A DNA stretch of 28,920 bases from contig CAZTCK010000001.1 in assembly GCA_964612625.1 (NCBI GenBank), forward strand, positions 34,284-63,203, read 5' to 3'. This document shows, in pieces, positions 24,608 through 28,920 of this stretch (positions are counted from its first letter, which is position 1; each line of letters opens with the position of its first letter). The DNA is from an uncultured archaeon. Lineage in GTDB: Archaea > Aenigmatarchaeota > Aenigmatarchaeia > QMZP01 > QMZT01. Both the position numbers and the translations under genes were made by a program. A model generated the notes under the pieces. It saw nothing but the letters and a program-made list of their open reading frames with translations. It was not told the DNA's origin and ran no database searches.

Positions 24608-26761
24608 ATGGGCCTCGATTTAATACGGGGGAAAAGGGAGAAACTTCTGTTCTTCGCGATAACTTCCCTCGGCGTTTCATCTATCGTCACACAGCTCTTC
24701 CTCATGCGCGAGTTCCTGAACGTGTTTTACGGGAATGAGCTTGTTTTCGGCGTGATCCTGGGGAACTGGCTGCTGCTGACGGGCATAGGGAGTTATGCGG
24801 GGAAAGCGAGTAAAAAGGTGAAGGACAAAACAAAACTCCTCGTTTCTCTCCAGCTTTTGATCGCGGTTCTCCCCTTCTTCTCACTCGCATTCATCCGTGC
24901 GCTAAGGATGGTTCTCGTCCCCGGTGAGGCGGTGGATTTCGCGCACATCTTCCTCTCGAGTTTCGTGATACTCCTTCCCTACTGCGTGATTTCGGGGTTC
25001 CTCCTTACCCTTGCCTGTTCTGTCTTCTCACTCAAACGTTCCGGTGAGGATATAGGGAAGGTCTACCTGATGGACAATATAGGCGATATCCTCGGGGGTT
25101 TCCTCTTCTCCTTCATCCTGGTCTTCCTTTTCGACCCATTCCAGATGGCGTTCTTCCTTCTCTTCCTCATTCTGGTGTCAGCGTACTTCCTGGGCTCCTA
25201 TAACAGAAATAATATGCTTCGATTCATCGTGCTTGTTTCTATCGTTTTCTCGCTTTTCCTCCTCCCCCTCGATCTCAACTCCCTGACGCTCGGTTTCCTG
25301 TTCCCCTCCCAAACCATCGTATTCCAGAAATCCTCCCCTTACGGGTATATCGTGGTAACCGAAACTTCAGGCCAGCTAAACTTCTTCGAAAACGGTCTTC
25401 CTCTTTTCTCGACGGAGAACACGATCGAAAACGAGGAGAACGTTCATTACGCGATGGTGCAGCGTGAGAAACCGCGAAACATCCTTCTGATTTCCGGAGG
25501 CGTGGCGGGGACGACAAGTGAAATTCTGAAGTATAATGTCACGAGGATCGATTACGTCGAGCTCGATCCTTTGATAATTGAGCTGGGGAGAGCGTATACA
25601 AACAGCCTGGATGACGGAAGAATACGAACGTTCATGACGGACGGGCGGATGTTCGTGAAATTCGTGGACAACGAGTATGACGTCGTGATAATCGACCTCC
25701 CCGACCCGAGCACCGCGCAGCTCAACCGTTTCTATTCCCTCGAATTCTTCCGCGAGGTCAAGCGCATCCTTTCGCCTTCCGGCGTGGTTTCGCTGAGTCT
25801 GTCGTCATCTCCGAACTACATGAACTACGAAACCATCCGTCTCAACGCGATAGTTTACCGCACGCTGAAATCCGTTTTTGAACACGTGATCGTGATCCCC
25901 TCCGGGGACGAAAATTACTTCCTTGCTTCAGATTCTCCTTTAAGTTATAACATTTCCGGCCTGGTGAAGGAAAGGGGGATAGAGACGAAATACGTGAACG
26001 AACACTACCTGAAAGGGAAGCTCACGGAAGAGCGGATAAATTACGTAAGGAATGCGATCTCGAAGGAAAAACGGATAAACACGGACTTTGTCCCCCTCGC
26101 CTACTATTACCATCTCCTTTACTGGGAAAGCGAGATGGGCGGGGGAATATGGATAGTTTTCGTTATAGCGATAATCCTCGTTTTTCTCCTCCTTCGCTCC
26201 TCCCCCATCCCCTTCGCGATATCCACGACCGGATTCGCCGCTTCTTCCCTCGAAGTCATCCTCCTCATCGGCTTCCAGATCCTCTACGGCTACGTTTATC
26301 AGTACGTGGGCGTTATAGTCGCCTTTTTCATGCTGGGCCTCGCGATCGGTGCGTATTACGCGAACCTCACGATCAAAAAGAGAAGAAGGAAGGACATGGT
26401 GAAAATCGAACTCTCCATATTTTTGTTTTCCCTCTCGCTCCCCTTCGTTCTCCTCTTCCTCTCCTCTCTGAAAAACGAAGCGTTTGTTTCGCTTTCTTCC
26501 CTTATCTCATTCCCAATACTCACGTTGATCATCTCCGCGCTTGTAGGATTCGAATTCCCGATCGCCTCGAAATTGCACACGCGAAAGAAAGAGATCGAGC
26601 ACGCAGCGGGTGTTCTCTACGCCTCCGACCTCATCGGAGCGACAATAGGGGCGTTAATAACATCGACATTCCTCATCCCGATCCTCGGCGTGATCAACAC
26701 GTGCGTGCTCGTGGGCATAACGAATCTGGTTAGTGGAGTGGTGGTGTGGAAAACGAGGTAA
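24608..26761 (+). CDS. Polytopic membrane protein with central spermidine-synthase-like (class I SAM-dependent) domain
   Basis: N- and C-terminal homologous multi-TM modules flank SSPYGYIVV, PRNILLISGG, YVELDP, DGRMFV, YDVVIIDLPDP and FYSLEFF..LSPSGV. This is the fused MFS-like/spermidine synthase architecture; activity is unproven. Confidence 0.85.
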   Translation: MGLDLIRGKREKLLFFAITSLGVSSIVTQLFLMREFLNVFYGNELVFGVILGNWLLLTGIGSYAGKASKKVKDKTKLLVSLQLLIAVLPFFSLAFIRALRMVLVPGEAVDFAHIFLSSFVILLPYCVISGFLLTLACSVFSLKRSGEDIGKVYLMDNIGDILGGFLFSFILVFLFDPFQMAFFLLFLILVSAYFLGSYNRNNMLRFIVLVSIVFSLFLLPLDLNSLTLGFLFPSQTIVFQKSSPYGYIVVTETSGQLNFFENGLPLFSTENTIENEENVHYAMVQREKPRNILLISGGVAGTTSEILKYNVTRIDYVELDPLIIELGRAYTNSLDDGRIRTFMTDGRMFVKFVDNEYDVVIIDLPDPSTAQLNRFYSLEFFREVKRILSPSGVVSLSLSSSPNYMNYETIRLNAIVYRTLKSVFEHVIVIPSGDENYFLASDSPLSYNISGLVKERGIETKYVNEHYLKGKLTEERINYVRNAISKEKRINTDFVPLAYYYHLLYWESEMGGGIWIVFVIAIILVFLLLRSSPIPFAISTTGFAASSLEVILLIGFQILYGYVYQYVGVIVAFFMLGLAIGAYYANLTIKKRRRKDMVKIELSIFLFSLSLPFVLLFLSSLKNEAFVSLSSLISFPILTLIISALVGFEFPIASKLHTRKKEIEHAAGVLYASDLIGATIGALITSTFLIPILGVINTCVLVGITNLVSGVVVWKTR

Positions 26762-26767
26762 TATGAA

Positions 26768-28177
26768 TCACTCCTCCCAAACTTCCGCCTGATACGTTTC
26801 GATGCGAACGTCGGGTTTCGTCCAGCAGTCGGGAGGTGATCCCTGTTTCAGGCAGAGTCTCGAAAGAAAGTCCTGTTTGTTGGGAAGCGAGCCCCAGACC
26901 TGCGGGAGATACGTGGATGTTCGCCCGCGATAGTGTATAACGACCCCGTCCACCCCCGGTCTGAGCTTTTCGAGGAGGTCCTGCGGACTTTCGAAAGCCA
27001 ACGGTTTCGGAACGGAGAGGACGGAGATTTCGATCTTTATGTCTTTCAGTTCTTCATATGTTACGGCTTCGAATCTCGGATCGTTAAGAGCGGCGTTCAC
27101 CGCGTTGTCTATGACGCATTTATAGAGTTCTTCCTGCGGGAGGATGTGCCCTATACATCCGCGGAGGTTTCCGAATTTGTTGAGCGTGACGAAGCACCCG
27201 CGTATTTCTCTCAACTTCAGCGTGAGTTCGCTCGCTTCGACCTTTGGTTTGCCCTTCCCGCTCAAATAGGATTCGAGGGTTTGCCTCGCGAGTTTCGTGA
27301 GGAACTCCCTTTCCTCTTTCGAAAAGCCCGTTTCGTAAAATGCGATGGAAGCGTAGCCAACGACGCGCGATTTATCCCCGGCTGTATCGCCCGAATTCCT
27401 GTAATCGAGCAGTTTCCCCTCCCATCCAAAATCCTTCGCGAGATGCATGAGCGTCAGGATGGGGATTTTCCCGCATGCCTCGCATGCGTCCATCCCCTCA
27501 AAATCGAGCGAGGGGATAGAATGAATACAAAACGCATCCAAACTCTTCGCCTGTTCATAGGGGTAGTAATGCGAAAGGTCAGAGCTCGCGATAACGAGCG
27601 TCCGGTCATCAATGTATTTCGAAAGTATCTTCGCGAGGGTTTCAGGATCTATATCACCGACAACAATCGGGATGATCTCGAAATCGTACAAAACCTTCTG
27701 CAGGAACGGGATCTGAACCTCCACCGAGTGTTCTTTCGCATGAATCCGCTCATCGTAAAAGAAATATCTCTCCTTCCGTAACCCGTCCGCTTTCTTCGAA
27801 ATTCTTACGAGTCCCAGCGGGGTCTCGTAGTGGGTCGCGTTCGGGATGGAAAAACCGGAAAAACGGGCGTGATGCGAAGGACCGAGTATTATGACCGTGT
27901 CGTAGCGTTCGCCCTCGAGCTGTTTGTATCCGTAGGCGGCAACAGGGCCGGAGTAGATATAACCCGCATGCGGCGAAACGAGACCTCTAACCTTCGTCAA
28001 GCTTTTCTCCGCCTGCGAAAGGTATTCCGATATTATGGAATCGAGCTCATTCGCGTCCGCGGGGTAGAAGGCCCCTGCGACATTCGGCTTCTTCACAATC
28101 ATCTTCTCGCCCCCTTCGGTTACACATCCTGAAACCAGGAGGACGAATAAAATCACGAGCACGAACCTCAAATTCAT
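26768..28177 (-). CDS. amrB: AmmeMemoRadiSam protein B (Memo)-protein A (AMMECR1) fusion with lipoprotein-type signal peptide
   Basis: Memo motifs VAGAFYP, PHAGYIYSG, GPSHH, EHSVEVQ, SSDLSHY, CG, NSGD. AMMECR1 motifs GCFVTL, LRGCIG, DPRF, EISVLS, YLPQVW. N-terminal MNLRFVLVILFVLLVSG|C. ATG 28177 overlaps the amrS stop (ATGA). Confidence 0.93.
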   Translation of the reverse strand: MNLRFVLVILFVLLVSGCVTEGGEKMIVKKPNVAGAFYPADANELDSIISEYLSQAEKSLTKVRGLVSPHAGYIYSGPVAAYGYKQLEGERYDTVIILGPSHHARFSGFSIPNATHYETPLGLVRISKKADGLRKERYFFYDERIHAKEHSVEVQIPFLQKVLYDFEIIPIVVGDIDPETLAKILSKYIDDRTLVIASSDLSHYYPYEQAKSLDAFCIHSIPSLDFEGMDACEACGKIPILTLMHLAKDFGWEGKLLDYRNSGDTAGDKSRVVGYASIAFYETGFSKEEREFLTKLARQTLESYLSGKGKPKVEASELTLKLREIRGCFVTLNKFGNLRGCIGHILPQEELYKCVIDNAVNAALNDPRFEAVTYEELKDIKIEISVLSVPKPLAFESPQDLLEKLRPGVDGVVIHYRGRTSTYLPQVWGSLPNKQDFLSRLCLKQGSPPDCWTKPDVRIETYQAEVWEE

Positions 28178-28920
28178 AACTTCCACACCCCCGCTATCGG
28201 CTCGCCACAGAAGGCGCAGGAATCGTTTTCGATGTGATTCTGAAGAATCGAATAACCTTTCCTTTCGATAACGATTTTCCCGCAGTGCGGACAGTAAGTA
28301 TTCTCCCCCTCATGCCCCGGGACATTCCCTATGTACACGAATTTCAACCCGACGTCCATCGCGATTTCCCTCGCTTTCTCCAGCGTTTTAACGGGCGTGG
28401 GAGGGAGATGTTTCAGTTTGTATTCGGGATGAAAGCGTGAGAAGTGGAAGGGGTAATCCCTCCCAAGATTTCGCGCAATCCACTCACACATCTCCCTTAT
28501 CATTCCGAAATCATCCGTGTACGTGGGGATGACGAGGTTTGTGATCTCAAACCACACGTTTTCGCTCTTCAGGATTTTCAGCGTGTCCAGGACCGGCTGC
28601 AACCGACCGGCATTGAGCGTGTTGTATATTTCCTCCCTGAAGCTTTTGAGATCGACGTTCGCCGCATCCAGATATTTGCAGAGGTCACGAAGTGCTTCTT
28701 CGCTCATGTAGCCGTTCGTTATCCAGAGGTTCTTTATACCATGCGAACTCGCTAGCTTCGATGTATCGTACATATACTCGTAAAACGCGGTGGGCTCGGA
28801 ATAAGTGTAGGCGATGGAAGCGCATTTATACGCCAGCGCATTCTTCACAACATCTTCCGGGAAGAGTTCAACATTTTTCGTGTCTTCCGGTCTGAACTGC
28901 GAGATTTCCCAGTTCTGGCA
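28174..28920 (-). CDS. amrS: AmmeMemoRadiSam radical SAM enzyme, partial (5' end beyond the right edge)
   Basis: The frame stays open to the window edge and reads CQNWEISQ (end of the CxxxCxxC motif), then AYTYSEP, ITNGY, AANVDLK, EITNLVIP, HFSRFHP, YIGNVPG and TYCPHCG. Confidence 0.93.
   Translation of the reverse strand, partial: CQNWEISQFRPEDTKNVELFPEDVVKNALAYKCASIAYTYSEPTAFYEYMYDTSKLASSHGIKNLWITNGYMSEEALRDLCKYLDAANVDLKSFREEIYNTLNAGRLQPVLDTLKILKSENVWFEITNLVIPTYTDDFGMIREMCEWIARNLGRDYPFHFSRFHPEYKLKHLPPTPVKTLEKAREIAMDVGLKFVYIGNVPGHEGENTYCPHCGKIVIERKGYSILQNHIENDSCAFCGEPIAGVWKL

Noticed and set aside
26933-27781. 282-aa plus-strand ORF
   Set aside because: Antisense to the well-supported Memo-AMMECR1 fusion; no independent motifs.
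28174-28848. Apparently truncated radical SAM gene lacking CxxxCxxC (pseudogene?)
   Set aside because: The frame is open to the window edge and includes the last Cys of the motif (CQNWEISQ); the truncation is a window artefact.
1-28920. CRISPR arrays, IS elements, integrases, rRNA, and twin-arginine signals on in-window secreted proteins
   Set aside because: No regularly spaced repeats, transposase or recombinase motifs, or rRNA-like sequence seen. The N-termini of the LTD protein, pilins, B-A fusion and the 1-411 ORF lack an RRxFL motif.

Overview
Densely packed archaeal chromosomal segment. The gene content and protein style suggest a DPANN-type, Aenigmarchaeota-like organism; this placement is inference, not proven. 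Left to right: a partial secreted hypothetical running off the left edge; rpl12-rplP0-rpl1 (no rpl11); CDP-alcohol phosphatidyltransferase, membrane metal-dependent hydrolase and CCA-adding enzyme; CBS x4, small Toprim, dnaG and M42 peptidase; membrane OB-fold protein and 2H phosphoesterase (thpR); ExeA-like AAA+ ATPase with C-terminal wHTH, PRC-barrel protein and a small HTH protein behind a perfect palindrome; radA, rpa, type IV pilus/secretion ATPase and ribosomal protein eS26; rtcB and archease (convergent); two class III signal peptide pilins; ppdK and a CBS/Zn-ribbon protein; a secreted lamin-tail-domain glycoprotein behind two identical-arm palindromes; a tRNA-Arg(CCT) split by two non-canonical BHB introns (D-loop 20/20a, T-loop 59/60); minD; tatC-tatA; and an AmmeMemoRadiSam module. 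The best candidate for an undescribed system is 23648-28920. There, TatAC sits beside a polytopic membrane spermidine-synthase-like protein, a Memo-AMMECR1 fusion carrying a lipoprotein-type signal peptide, and the partner radical SAM enzyme (cut by the window edge). This suggests an exported, membrane-associated version of a system usually assumed to be cytoplasmic. No CRISPR array, rRNA, transposase, integrase or intein was seen. All calls rest on motif recognition and hand counts; no database searches were run.
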